Of a stretch of 64,000 nucleotides of DNA, positions 20,098 to 29,878 are shown one piece after another. The notes under the pieces were generated by a model. It made no database searches, was not told where the DNA came from, and saw nothing but the letters and a program-made list of their open reading frames with translations. The position numbers and the translations under genes were made by a program. This DNA comes from an uncultured bacterium (lineage in GTDB: Bacteria; Omnitrophota; Omnitrophia; Omnitrophales; Abzuiibacteriaceae), in contig CAYLXA010000006.1 of NCBI GenBank assembly GCA_964387845.1, positions 128,001 to 192,000 on the forward strand, read 5' to 3'. Position 1 is the first letter of the stretch. Each line of letters begins with the position of its first letter.

Positions 20098-21510
20098 ATG
20101 ACACAGTTACAGCAGGCGGTTAAGGACATTCAAAGTCTTTTACAGCCCGGAAAACGGGCTCATTTAATCGGTGTGGGCGGCGTCGGCATGAGTGCGCTTG
20201 CCAAGGTTTTGAAGCATATGGGCCTTGCCGTCAGCGGATCCGATATGAAAGCAGGCCGCGTCGCTTCCGAGCTCACTTCCGGCGGCATTCAGATTTTCAA
20301 CGGGCATGATAGCCACAACGTTTCCAATTGCGATTTCATTATTTATTCTTCCGCCATCCGTGTTGACAATCCCGAAAGGCGCCAGGCGCTGATTAGCGGT
20401 ATTCCGTCTTTTCATCGCGCAGAAGTTTTGTCGAATATCATGAACCGGGGTATTTCAATCGGCGTTACAGGCACGCACGGTAAAACAACCACATCGGCCC
20501 TCATTAGCTTTTTGCTTCAAGCTGCAGGTTTACGCCCGACTTGTTTGGTGGGTGGTAATATTTTAAATTTCGGATCCAACACGCTGCTTGGCGATCCCAA
20601 TCTTTTTGTCGCAGAAGTGGACGAGAGCGATAAAAGCCATTTGAATTTTAAGCCTGATTTTGCGGTTTTGACCAATCTCGAAGAAGACCACATGGATGTC
20701 TATCAGGATTTTGCGAATCTGCAGCTCGCATTTTCCCAGTTTGTCGAAAACATTCAGCACTCGGGACATGTGATCTTTTCGGCGCACGATTCAAACCTAA
20801 AGGAGATTACGCGCATTACAACCCGCAAAACGGATTACGGATTGTCGCGCAATTACGGTTTTGGAGCAGAAGAAGTTGTGTTGGAGGGCTTTCAGTCGCG
20901 CTTCCGGCTTTACGAAAAAGGTGAATTTATTTCAACGGTTTCGCTAACCGTGCCGGGCATGCACAACGTGCTGAATGCGCTTGGCGCAATCGCGACGCTC
21001 AGAACCTTTGGAATTCCGTTCAGAAGTTTCGAAGCAGCGCTCCCCAAATTTCGCGGTGCCGGACGTCGGCTCGAGGTGAAGCTTGAGCATCGCGGCTGGA
21101 CCGTTATTGATGATTACGCGCATCATCCCACGGAAGTGATTGCGTCATTGAAAGCAATTCGGACATTGGGCAAACCGACGACGGTGGTGTTTCAGCCGCA
21201 CCGGTATTCGCGCATGCAGTATCTCGGAGAGTCGTTTTCTAAAGCATTTCATCATGCAGATTGCCTCATTTTAACGGATATTTACAGTGCAAATGAAGAG
21301 AATGCAAAAGGAATTGATGTGAGCGACTTGTATGAAATGGTAAAAAGTGCCGGGCATCCGAATGTTCGCATGGTAGCCCGCGATCAATTAATCGATCATT
21401 TGCTCCAGGACTCCGCAGGCGAAGGCGTGGTTGCCTTTCTCGGAGCCGGAGATATCGGAGAGGTGGCCTGTGAATTTGCCGAACGGCTTCGTGGTTCCGA
21501 TCCAGAATAA
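20098..21510 (+). CDS. murC: UDP-N-acetylmuramate--L-alanine ligase
   Basis: HLIGVGGVGMSALA N-terminal Rossmann fold and a Mur ligase P-loop GTHGKTTT. Confidence 0.9.
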   Translation: MTQLQQAVKDIQSLLQPGKRAHLIGVGGVGMSALAKVLKHMGLAVSGSDMKAGRVASELTSGGIQIFNGHDSHNVSNCDFIIYSSAIRVDNPERRQALISGIPSFHRAEVLSNIMNRGISIGVTGTHGKTTTSALISFLLQAAGLRPTCLVGGNILNFGSNTLLGDPNLFVAEVDESDKSHLNFKPDFAVLTNLEEDHMDVYQDFANLQLAFSQFVENIQHSGHVIFSAHDSNLKEITRITTRKTDYGLSRNYGFGAEEVVLEGFQSRFRLYEKGEFISTVSLTVPGMHNVLNALGAIATLRTFGIPFRSFEAALPKFRGAGRRLEVKLEHRGWTVIDDYAHHPTEVIASLKAIRTLGKPTTVVFQPHRYSRMQYLGESFSKAFHHADCLILTDIYSANEENAKGIDVSDLYEMVKSAGHPNVRMVARDQLIDHLLQDSAGEGVVAFLGAGDIGEVACEFAERLRGSDPE

Positions 21511-22405
21511 CGTTCCGCTTTGCCGGTTTTCAACTTTGCAAATCGGCGGCCCGGCTGCCTATTTTGCAGAGCCGGATACGCGCGAAGCACTATTACCGCT
21601 TCTGGAATTTCAAAAACAGGAAAATCTCCCGCTTCTTGTAATCGGCCGCGGTTCCAATATTTTATTTTCCGACGAAGGATTCCCAGGGCTTGTTATTTCG
21701 CTTCGGAAATTTGAACTCGAACGCATTCAATTCAATCCCAAAGGCCTAGTAAAAGTTTCCGCCGGTATGAGCCTTTTTCGATTGTCCGCATTATGCCAGG
21801 AGCAGGGAGTGAGCGGGCTTGAATTCATTTGCCACATTCCCGGCACTGTCGGCGGTGCTTGCGCCATGAATGCCGGTTTCGGCCGCGCCGGGGTTCATTA
21901 TCAGGAAATCAAAGACGTTCTAAATTCGGTCACGGTTTTGGATGCGGCAACAAGCAAATTGCGTGTGATTCAACGCAGTGAAATTGATTTTCAATACCGC
22001 AAAAGCAGTCTCGAGCGGGAAATTGTTTTAGATGCCACGTTCCAATTAAAGCCATCCACACGCGAGGCGGTGCGAGATGAAGTAAAAGCCAACTTTGCTT
22101 ATCGGAATTCCGTGCAGGATCTGCGCTATCCGAGCGCCGGATCCGTTTTTAAGAATCCGAAAAAACCCACGGAATCAGCCGGGAAGCTGATCGACCGCGC
22201 AGGGCTTCGCGGAACGCGGATCGGCGGCGCCATGATTTCGGAAAAACACGGCAATTTTATTTTAAACGTCGGAAATGCAAAGTCAGCCGACGTTTTGCAG
22301 CTTATTGATTTGGCAAAATCTCGGGTTCTTGAGCAGTTTGGTATTGAGTTAGAGCCCGAAGTAAAACTGATGGTGCCCGGCTTGTCGTCTGCGTGCGCCG
22401 TTTAA
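21431..22405 (+). CDS. murB: UDP-N-acetylenolpyruvoylglucosamine reductase
   Basis: FAD-binding MurB N-terminus (CRFSTLQIGGPAAYF, IGRGSNILF) and a C-terminal MurB domain. Start uncertain: the ATG at 21431 overlaps murC by 80 nt, and a downstream GTG near 21470 is possible. Confidence 0.8.
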   Translation: MPFSEPEISERWPVNLPNGFVVPIQNNVPLCRFSTLQIGGPAAYFAEPDTREALLPLLEFQKQENLPLLVIGRGSNILFSDEGFPGLVISLRKFELERIQFNPKGLVKVSAGMSLFRLSALCQEQGVSGLEFICHIPGTVGGACAMNAGFGRAGVHYQEIKDVLNSVTVLDAATSKLRVIQRSEIDFQYRKSSLEREIVLDATFQLKPSTREAVRDEVKANFAYRNSVQDLRYPSAGSVFKNPKKPTESAGKLIDRAGLRGTRIGGAMISEKHGNFILNVGNAKSADVLQLIDLAKSRVLEQFGIELEPEVKLMVPGLSSACAV

Positions 22406-22435
22406 TGCAAACTCCACAACATTGACAGGGAATTC

Positions 22436-23365
22436 GTGAAATCGTTTAATCAAATCTGCGTACTTTTGGGAGGTAACTCGCACGAACGTGAAATTTCAAT
22501 CCGTTCTGGATCTGCAGTGGCCGAAGCGCTTGTCCGCTCCGGGTTCGAAGTCTCGCAGCTTGATGCTAAAAACGGCTGGCGTGAAAAACTCAAAAATAAA
22601 AAACCTGACGCAGTATTTGTGGCGCTTCACGGTACCGGCGGAGAAGACGGCGAGGCGCAAAAAGTTTTAGAGGGCCTCGGAATCCCTTATGTCGGTTCCA
22701 GCCCTGATGCAAGTTTGGATGCTTTTGATAAACTCCGCTCCAAAAGAATATTCGAGAAAGAATCCATTCCGACCCCGGCCTGGGCCCTCATCACCGGAAA
22801 AAATTGGAAAAAGAAAATTGAAGAGCTGAAAATCCCGATTTTTATCAAGCCGATTGCCGATGGTTCCAGCATCGGCGTTGAATTAATCGAATCTGAAATT
22901 GAACTAGAGCCGACGATCGAAAAGAGCCTTAAACAGTACGAATCCATCATTGTTGAAACTGCAATCCAGGGAAGGGAGTTTACGGTCGGTATTTTAGGAG
23001 ACCAGGCGTTGCCCGTATTGGAAGTGAGGCCGAAGCGCCGTTTTTATGATTACACAGCCAAATATACGAAAGGGCAGACGGATTATCTCGTCCCGGCACC
23101 GATTGATGAGAATTTTGCCGTCAAGCTTCAAGCGCTTGCGTTAAAAACGCACTTAGCTTTGGGGCTTCGCGATTTTTCAAGAGTTGACATGATTGTTGAT
23201 CTGGCCGGAAATCCGTATATTTTAGAGGCCAATTCAATTCCGGGTTTTACTGAAACAAGTCTTTTGCCAAAAGCGGCCCAAGCAGTCGGAATTAGTTTTG
23301 ATAAGTTGTGCGTGAAATTAGTAGAGCTTGCGTATCAGCGAGTTGCGGGGAAGGTTTATGCGTAA
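22436..23365 (+). CDS. ddl: D-alanine--D-alanine ligase
   Basis: ATP-grasp protein with Ddl motifs (ICVLLGGNSHEREISIRSG, VALHGTGGEDG, PGFTETSLLPKAA). GTG start. Confidence 0.85.
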   Translation: MKSFNQICVLLGGNSHEREISIRSGSAVAEALVRSGFEVSQLDAKNGWREKLKNKKPDAVFVALHGTGGEDGEAQKVLEGLGIPYVGSSPDASLDAFDKLRSKRIFEKESIPTPAWALITGKNWKKKIEELKIPIFIKPIADGSSIGVELIESEIELEPTIEKSLKQYESIIVETAIQGREFTVGILGDQALPVLEVRPKRRFYDYTAKYTKGQTDYLVPAPIDENFAVKLQALALKTHLALGLRDFSRVDMIVDLAGNPYILEANSIPGFTETSLLPKAAQAVGISFDKLCVKLVELAYQRVAGKVYA

Positions 23366-24167
23366 GCGTTCAAACCGCGGAAAATCAAAAAATATTTTCG
23401 TCCGTCTTTTTGAAAAAATATTTCTTTTGTTTTTCTTGCTATGGAAAAGCATCCCAATCCTAATTATTGCCGCAATTTTTTACTTCTCATTTTTCGGTGT
23501 CAAAGATTTGTTAAGTGCGGATTCTCATTTTCAAATCGCCAGTCTTAAAATTTTTCCGCGCGGCATATTGACTGATCAGGAATATCAGGCGCTCGAGCGG
23601 CGTTCAACCGGTGTTAATTTACTCAAAGCCGACCTCCGGACGCTCAGGGCAATGATTGAAACAAATCCCAAAGTTAAGCAGGCGGATGTGGTCCGAAAAC
23701 TTCCAAATGAACTGGAAATTACGCTGACGCCTCGAAAAGTGGCCATGCAGTTTCGGACGTCGCCCCGCGGCCCGTTCTACACGCTCGGCGAAGATGCGGT
23801 CGTGATGTCGTCGGCAGATTCCCGGGATTTATCGCTCATTGAATTCTCGAATTTTGACTATGCCGCGAAACGCCTTTCGCCTCTTGACCGTTATTCCGAT
23901 CCTTCTTGGCACAAGCTCCAGTCGATTTTGGACTCTTTGAAAAAGCATGACGCAACAAAGCGGGAAAAGGTTGACCGCGTATCAGTTGATAAAACCGGAA
24001 ATTTTACGGTGTCGTTTGTAGGCGGTCTTGAGCTTGTACTGCGTGATACGAGCGATATGACAAACCAAAAAATGATAGCGCTCGGGAACTTGTTGGCGTC
24101 ACCGGAACGGGACTTGATTGCTTATATTGATTTGCGCCACCTTGACATTATTTTGAAGTACAAATAA
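23358..24167 (+). CDS. ftsQ: cell division protein FtsQ/DivIB (POTRA domain)
   Basis: Short cytoplasmic tail, one TM helix and a POTRA-like segment. Lies between ddl and ftsA. Start chosen at the Met overlapping the ddl stop. The track ORF begins at 23328. Confidence 0.65.
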   Translation: MRKRSNRGKSKNIFVRLFEKIFLLFFLLWKSIPILIIAAIFYFSFFGVKDLLSADSHFQIASLKIFPRGILTDQEYQALERRSTGVNLLKADLRTLRAMIETNPKVKQADVVRKLPNELEITLTPRKVAMQFRTSPRGPFYTLGEDAVVMSSADSRDLSLIEFSNFDYAAKRLSPLDRYSDPSWHKLQSILDSLKKHDATKREKVDRVSVDKTGNFTVSFVGGLELVLRDTSDMTNQKMIALGNLLASPERDLIAYIDLRHLDIILKYK

Positions 24168-24185
24168 AACAACGCACCGTTTAGC

Positions 24186-25424
24186 ATGAACCAAAAGCCG
24201 CTTATCCGCTACATTCTGCACATCGGTACCGTCAAAATATCGTTCCTGAAAATACTCTTTAAACCGACCGGCCAGCGCGAAATTTTAAAAACCGTAACCT
24301 GCAGTTCGGACGGTTTTGACAAAGGAGTCGTGACAGACCTGTCCAAGGCTGCCGAAAGCATTCACCAGGGGCTTAAAGTGATTACGAGCGGTTCTAACGA
24401 GTCGCTGATTCCATGCCGGGTCGTCGTGTCAAACGGCCATCTTAAAAACTATACCTATTCGAGTTCGCTTTATTTTTACGGCAATTCGCATGAGCTCAGC
24501 ATGAAGGATGTCCGCGATGTGATTGCCCAAACCCGCAGTGTAGCCACAATCCCGCTGAACGAAATGATTATCCAGGCTATTCCGCAGGAATTTTTGGTAG
24601 ACAATATGGCTGGTATTTCAAATCCGATCGGCCTCGAAGCGACGCGGCTTGGCGTTACGTTACGGCTTTTTACGACCGAATATAGTATTTATCAAAATTT
24701 ATTAAAAGCAACCGAGCGCGCCGATGTAGACGCGCGGGATATCGTACCGACCTCTCTGACATCCGCTCACGCCGTCCTCACACAGGAAGAAAAGCAGGAG
24801 GGTGTAATCTTGATTGATGTGGGCGGTCACGCAACACATGTGGTTGCGTTTCAAAACGGCATTTTGCAGGAATCAAAATCATTTCAGGATGGATCTGAGG
24901 TGATTACGGATGCTCTTGCGCGAAAATACAATCTCAAACTGGATGAAGCGCGCCGCGTTAAAGAAACCTATGCTTCTTTGTCAAAGAAGCCTGAATTTGC
25001 CGACGAGCTTATCCCGATTTGCGACAAGGAAGGGCATAAAAGCTCACATGTTTCAAAATCGGAATTGCAAACCGAAATTGAAAGTTCTCTTTCAATTTTT
25101 ACGCACAAACTGCTGGACCCGGCGCGTCACATGATTAAAAAGCACGCACCAATTACGCAAGTTGTCATGACAGGCGGCGGCGCGAAGCTGGACGGTCTTT
25201 TAGAGTTTGTTCAGCAGGAGCTTGGCTCGAGCGTGCGGCTCGGTGTTGCGAAGAATATTTTTGGAGATCAAAAAGTCATTAATGATCCCGCTTTCGCGGG
25301 CGCCATCGGCGCTTCGGACTATTCTAGTTTTATCATGGATCCCATCACGGTTCTCAACCAATCCGGAAACGCGGTTTATAAAATCCTCAACACGGCCAAA
25401 CGCTGGGTTTCCGAATACTTCTGA
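24186..25424 (+). CDS. ftsA: cell division protein FtsA (actin-like ATPase)
   Basis: Actin/HSP70-fold motifs (ILIDVGGHATHV, VVMTGGGAKLDGL). Follows ftsQ. Confidence 0.8.
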   Translation: MNQKPLIRYILHIGTVKISFLKILFKPTGQREILKTVTCSSDGFDKGVVTDLSKAAESIHQGLKVITSGSNESLIPCRVVVSNGHLKNYTYSSSLYFYGNSHELSMKDVRDVIAQTRSVATIPLNEMIIQAIPQEFLVDNMAGISNPIGLEATRLGVTLRLFTTEYSIYQNLLKATERADVDARDIVPTSLTSAHAVLTQEEKQEGVILIDVGGHATHVVAFQNGILQESKSFQDGSEVITDALARKYNLKLDEARRVKETYASLSKKPEFADELIPICDKEGHKSSHVSKSELQTEIESSLSIFTHKLLDPARHMIKKHAPITQVVMTGGGAKLDGLLEFVQQELGSSVRLGVAKNIFGDQKVINDPAFAGAIGASDYSSFIMDPITVLNQSGNAVYKILNTAKRWVSEYF

Positions 25425-25490
25425 AGTTTGTTTTCCTCTTTATATTTAGCTGACCGACTGCTATAATTCACACCTTATTAACCGCTTATC

Positions 25491-26615
25491 ATGACTGCTA
25501 CTATTATGACTCAAGACATACGCAAACTTCCGCTGCACAACACGCACGTTCAGCTGGGCGGTAAAATGGGCGCTTTCGGCGAATGGGAAGTGCCGCTTTA
25601 CTATTCAAGCATTCTCGAAGAGCATGCAGCCGTCCGTGAAAAATGCGGGATTTTTGATATTTCTCACATGGGCGAAGTTTGGTTTAGAGGTTCGAATGCG
25701 CGCAAAGCGCTCAATTCTTTGCTTCCGGGGAAAATTGAAAAGCTGGTGCCCGGCAAAGCCGTTTACAGCCCGATGCTGAATGAGCGAGGCGGCATTGTGG
25801 ATGATTTGATTGTTTCGCAGATTGACGCGGATTCTTATCTCGTGGTTGTCAACGCCGCCAACGTGGAAAAGGATTACAATTGGTTTCTGGCGCACAATCC
25901 GTTGAAAGCTGAAATTGTTAACGAAAGCGATGCGTTCGGTTTGTTAGCGGTTCAGGGCCCCGAAAGCGCAAAAGTCGTGTCGCAAGTTTTTTCAGACGAT
26001 ATTCTCAAGCTTCCGTATTACCACATCCAAAAATCGGACATTCCCTGGAAGGGAAGTTATATTTCCCGGACCGGTTACACGGGAGAAATCGGCTTTGAAA
26101 TTTTTCTGGCCCAAAAAAATTTAAAACCCGCGTATAATACATTTCTTGAAATTGGAAAATCGTTCGGAATCAAACCCATTGGATTTGGCGCGCGCGATAC
26201 TTTGAGGCTTGAGTCCTGCATGCTGCTGTACGGGCAAGACATGAATGATGACACCTCGCCGCTCGAAGCCGGGCTTGAATGGACTTTGGATCTCGAGAAA
26301 GATTTTGTCGGAAAAGATCCGCTCGTCAAATTAAAAACGCAGGGAATCGCGAAGAAGCTTGTCGGATTTGAAATGATTGACCGCGGACTTGCGCGCCATG
26401 ACTATTCTGTTTTTAAAAACGGAAAAATAATCGGAAAAGTAACGAGCGGAACGTTTGCACCGACTTTGAAGAAAAATATCGGTCTAGCCTATGTCGATAC
26501 GCCGGAATCTGCGGTCGGCAATGAAATTCAAATTCAGATCCGAGACCAACAGGCGAAAGCCAGAATTGTGAAAACGCCTTTTTACAAAAAAAATACCACG
26601 AAGGAGATTGTATGA
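25491..26615 (+). CDS. gcvT: glycine cleavage system aminomethyltransferase T
   Basis: GcvT family throughout (LHNTHVQLGGKM, FDISHMG, RLESCMLLYGQD). Confidence 0.9.
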   Translation: MTATIMTQDIRKLPLHNTHVQLGGKMGAFGEWEVPLYYSSILEEHAAVREKCGIFDISHMGEVWFRGSNARKALNSLLPGKIEKLVPGKAVYSPMLNERGGIVDDLIVSQIDADSYLVVVNAANVEKDYNWFLAHNPLKAEIVNESDAFGLLAVQGPESAKVVSQVFSDDILKLPYYHIQKSDIPWKGSYISRTGYTGEIGFEIFLAQKNLKPAYNTFLEIGKSFGIKPIGFGARDTLRLESCMLLYGQDMNDDTSPLEAGLEWTLDLEKDFVGKDPLVKLKTQGIAKKLVGFEMIDRGLARHDYSVFKNGKIIGKVTSGTFAPTLKKNIGLAYVDTPESAVGNEIQIQIRDQQAKARIVKTPFYKKNTTKEIV

Positions 26616-27001
26616 ATTTCCCGAAAGAACTGCACTATACCAAAACACACGAATGGGCTAAGAAAAACGCGGATTCGGTGACGGTCGGCATCAGCGATTA
26701 CGCGCAGCATGAAATCTCGGACATTGTGTTTGTTGAGCTTCCGAAAGTCGGCCAAAAAGTGGCGCAGGGGAAGGCGATTTCTGTGGTAGAATCCGTGAAA
26801 GCCGCGTTCGATATTTATGCCCCGGTGTCGGGCACGGTGAAATCGATTAACACAACGCTGGAATCGGACCCGTCGATTGTTAATCGCGACTGTTATGGTA
26901 ACGGCTGGTTTTTTGAAATCACGCCGGATAACGCGGGTGAATTAAGTTCGCTTTTATCTGCCGAACAATATGAGAGTTTTTTAAAGGAAGCTGCGCACTA
27001 A
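26612..27001 (+). CDS. gcvH: glycine cleavage system H protein (lipoyl carrier)
   Basis: Lipoyl-lysine motif ESVKAAFDIYAPVSG. ATGA overlap with gcvT. Confidence 0.9.
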   Translation: MNFPKELHYTKTHEWAKKNADSVTVGISDYAQHEISDIVFVELPKVGQKVAQGKAISVVESVKAAFDIYAPVSGTVKSINTTLESDPSIVNRDCYGNGWFFEITPDNAGELSSLLSAEQYESFLKEAAH

Positions 27002-27004
27002 TTT

Positions 27005-28348
27005 ATGCATTATTTTCCGCTCACGAATGAAGAACGCCAGGAAATGCTCGACACGATCGGTGTCGAGAATTTTGGCCAGATTTTAACGCCGATCCCTGCC
27101 AAACTTAAAAATCCCGCGCTGGATATTCCGCCGCATTTGAGTGAAATCGAAATTAACCGTTTGCTCGGTGATTTGGCGGCGAAGAACCTGCACTGCAAAA
27201 ATCGTTCATCATTCTTAGGTGCGGGTGCCTATGATCATTTTTCACCTTCGATTGTTAACGAGATCATTTCCAGAAACGAATTCTACACGGCTTACACGCC
27301 GTATCAGGCAGAGGCATCGCAGGGGACTTTGCAGGCGATCTTTGAATACCAGAGTTTAATTTGCGAGCTGACCGGCATGGATGTGTCCAATGGCTCGCAT
27401 TATGACGGCGCCACAGCGCTTGCGGAAGCCGCGCTCCTCAGTTTAACTAAAACACAGCGCGCCAAAATTTTAATCGCGCGATCGGTTCATCCGGATTATC
27501 GGAGAGTCGTGCAAACCTATGTCGAAAGACCGGGACATCAAATCGAGGAAATTCCGTTTCTGGCGGACGGTAATCTCGATAAGGAATTCTTGAAGAAGAA
27601 ACTAACGAATGAAGTTGCGTCCGTGATTATCGCAAGCCCGAACTTTCTGGGATTGGTCGAAGATTTGGAAGGGCTTTCGGATCAAATTCATCAAAACGGG
27701 TCACTTTTTATTTTGGTTTCGAATCCGTTGTCGCACGGTTTTTATAAAACACCGGCGGAACTCGGCGCTGACATCAGCTGCGGTGAAGGGCAGCCGCTTG
27801 GGATTCCGATGAGTTACGGAGGTCCCTGGCTCGGGTTTTTTGCTACAAAGCGCGAGTTGGTCCGTCAAATTCCGGGTCGTCTTGTGGGTCTTACAAAAGA
27901 TTCGGATGGAAAACGCGCATTTTGCCTCACCCTTCAGGCCCGCGAGCAACACATCCGCCGTGAAAAAGCCGCTTCCAATATTTGTACCAACCAAGCGCTT
28001 TGCGCGCTTGCGGCTTGCGTTTATATGGCTGCAATGGGCAAAGCCGGTATCCGACAGGTCGCGGAGCTCAATATTGAAAATGCGGTGTATTTACGCCGGG
28101 AAATCGCGAAATTAAGGGGGTTTAAAATTCTGACCGCCGGCCCCATTTTCAATGAGTTCAGCGTGATTTGCCCCAAGCCCGTTTCGGATATTAATCGCGA
28201 GCTTTTAAATCAAGGCATTATCGGCGGCTACAATGCTTCTAAGAAATACGATGAACTCGAAAACACGATGGTTATTTGTGCGACAGAAACTAAAACCAAA
28301 GAAGAGCTGGACCGGTTTGTGAAAGTGCTCGGGCAGGTTGCGTCATGA
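27005..28348 (+). CDS. gcvPA: glycine dehydrogenase (decarboxylating) subunit 1
   Basis: GcvP N-terminal-half family (YTPYQAEASQGTLQAIFEYQ). Confidence 0.9.
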   Translation: MHYFPLTNEERQEMLDTIGVENFGQILTPIPAKLKNPALDIPPHLSEIEINRLLGDLAAKNLHCKNRSSFLGAGAYDHFSPSIVNEIISRNEFYTAYTPYQAEASQGTLQAIFEYQSLICELTGMDVSNGSHYDGATALAEAALLSLTKTQRAKILIARSVHPDYRRVVQTYVERPGHQIEEIPFLADGNLDKEFLKKKLTNEVASVIIASPNFLGLVEDLEGLSDQIHQNGSLFILVSNPLSHGFYKTPAELGADISCGEGQPLGIPMSYGGPWLGFFATKRELVRQIPGRLVGLTKDSDGKRAFCLTLQAREQHIRREKAASNICTNQALCALAACVYMAAMGKAGIRQVAELNIENAVYLRREIAKLRGFKILTAGPIFNEFSVICPKPVSDINRELLNQGIIGGYNASKKYDELENTMVICATETKTKEELDRFVKVLGQVAS

Positions 28349-29868
28349 TGAAAACCAATGCTTCGATTGGGCTTCAATCAACGGATGACCGTTTGATTTT
28401 CGAAAAAAGCAAATCCGGAAAGCTCGGCGCATCGCTTCCGGCCCGCAAATTCACTTCCATCGATCTTACCAAAGAAGTGCCGGCAAAATATCAACGTGCT
28501 CAAGCTGCGAAGATGCCCGAAGTCAGCGAGCCTGAAATCGTGCGCCACTACGTGAATTTATCGAAGAAGAATTTCAGTATCGACACGCATTTTTATCCGC
28601 TCGGTAGCTGCACGATGAAATATAACCCCAAAATTAACGAAAAAGTTGCCCGTTGGGACGGTTTCGCGGCCGTGCATCCGTATCAGCCGGAGCACGAAGT
28701 CCAAGGATTCTTGCAGATTTTTCACGAGCTTTCAAAATATCTCTGTGAAGTTGTGGGAATGGACGCGTTTACTTTGCAGCCCGCCGCCGGCGCGCAAGGT
28801 GAAATGTGCGGCCTGATGCTTGTGCGCGCGTATCATCAATCACTCGGCAATCATAAAAAAACAAAAGTCATTGTGCCGGATTCCAGCCATGGCACGAATC
28901 CCGCGACCGCAGCGCTGGCGGGTTTCACAGTGGTTCAAACGCCGTCTAATTCGCGCGGCAGAACCGATTTAAAAGCCTTAAAAGAGCTTGTGAATGAGGA
29001 AACAGCGTGTTTGATGCTCACAAACCCTAACACGCTCGGCCTTTTTGAGGATGAAATCCTGGAAATCGGTGAGATTGTCCACAAACACGGTGCGCTTCTT
29101 TATTATGACGGTGCTAATCTCAATCCTTTGCTCGGCATCGCCCGGCCCGGCGACATGGGTTTTGATATTGTTCATATCAATTTACATAAAACATTCTCAA
29201 CACCGCATGGCGGCGGCGGCCCCGGCGCAGGCCCGGTCGGTGTTAAAAAGAAGCTCGCCGAATTTTTACCGAGCCCGGTTTTATCGAAAGGCAGTGAAGG
29301 CTTTTTTTGGGATTACAACCGTCCAAAATCGATCGGCAAGCTGAAATCTTTCTATGGAAATGTCGGCATGCTGCTGCGTGCCTATGTCTATATCCGGACG
29401 CTCGGATTAGAAGGTTTGAAGCAGGTGAGCAAAGATGCGATTTTAAATGCCAATTATTTACGCAAGAAACTCGAAGGGGTTTTACAAATTCCTTTTCCGG
29501 AATTCTGCATGCATGAGTTTGTTGCAACGGTCCGGAATTACAAATCAAAGAACCTCCATGCCAGCGACGTTGGCAAAAGACTGCTCGATTACGGCATTCA
29601 TGCGCCGACCGTTCATTTTCCGCTTGTGGTGGAAGATGCGCTGATGATTGAACCGACGGAAACTGAATCAAAAGAGGCGCTTGATAAGCTGGTGGAAGCG
29701 TTGAAAGCGATTGTCAAAGAAATCGAGCAGGATCCGCAGATTGTGTTGACCGCGCCGCACACGATGCCCGTCAAACGCCCGGATGAAGTGCAGGCGGCGA
29801 GAAAGCCGATTTTAAGTTGGCGCGATTTTCAAGGCGAGCAAGCAGCCAATACGCCTAAAGCGGCGTAA
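28345..29868 (+). CDS. gcvPB: glycine dehydrogenase (decarboxylating) subunit 2
   Basis: PLP-lysine region HINLHKTFSTPHGGGGPG. ATGA overlap with gcvPA. Confidence 0.9.
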   Translation: MMKTNASIGLQSTDDRLIFEKSKSGKLGASLPARKFTSIDLTKEVPAKYQRAQAAKMPEVSEPEIVRHYVNLSKKNFSIDTHFYPLGSCTMKYNPKINEKVARWDGFAAVHPYQPEHEVQGFLQIFHELSKYLCEVVGMDAFTLQPAAGAQGEMCGLMLVRAYHQSLGNHKKTKVIVPDSSHGTNPATAALAGFTVVQTPSNSRGRTDLKALKELVNEETACLMLTNPNTLGLFEDEILEIGEIVHKHGALLYYDGANLNPLLGIARPGDMGFDIVHINLHKTFSTPHGGGGPGAGPVGVKKKLAEFLPSPVLSKGSEGFFWDYNRPKSIGKLKSFYGNVGMLLRAYVYIRTLGLEGLKQVSKDAILNANYLRKKLEGVLQIPFPEFCMHEFVATVRNYKSKNLHASDVGKRLLDYGIHAPTVHFPLVVEDALMIEPTETESKEALDKLVEALKAIVKEIEQDPQIVLTAPHTMPVKRPDEVQAARKPILSWRDFQGEQAANTPKAA

Positions 29869-29878
29869 GAATCTTTCA

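Noticed and set aside
25425-25490. Glycine riboswitch upstream of gcvT
   Set aside because: The intergenic gap is only 66 nt and lacks the conserved glycine-aptamer elements. Only a weak TTTATA-17-TATAAT promoter-like element is visible.
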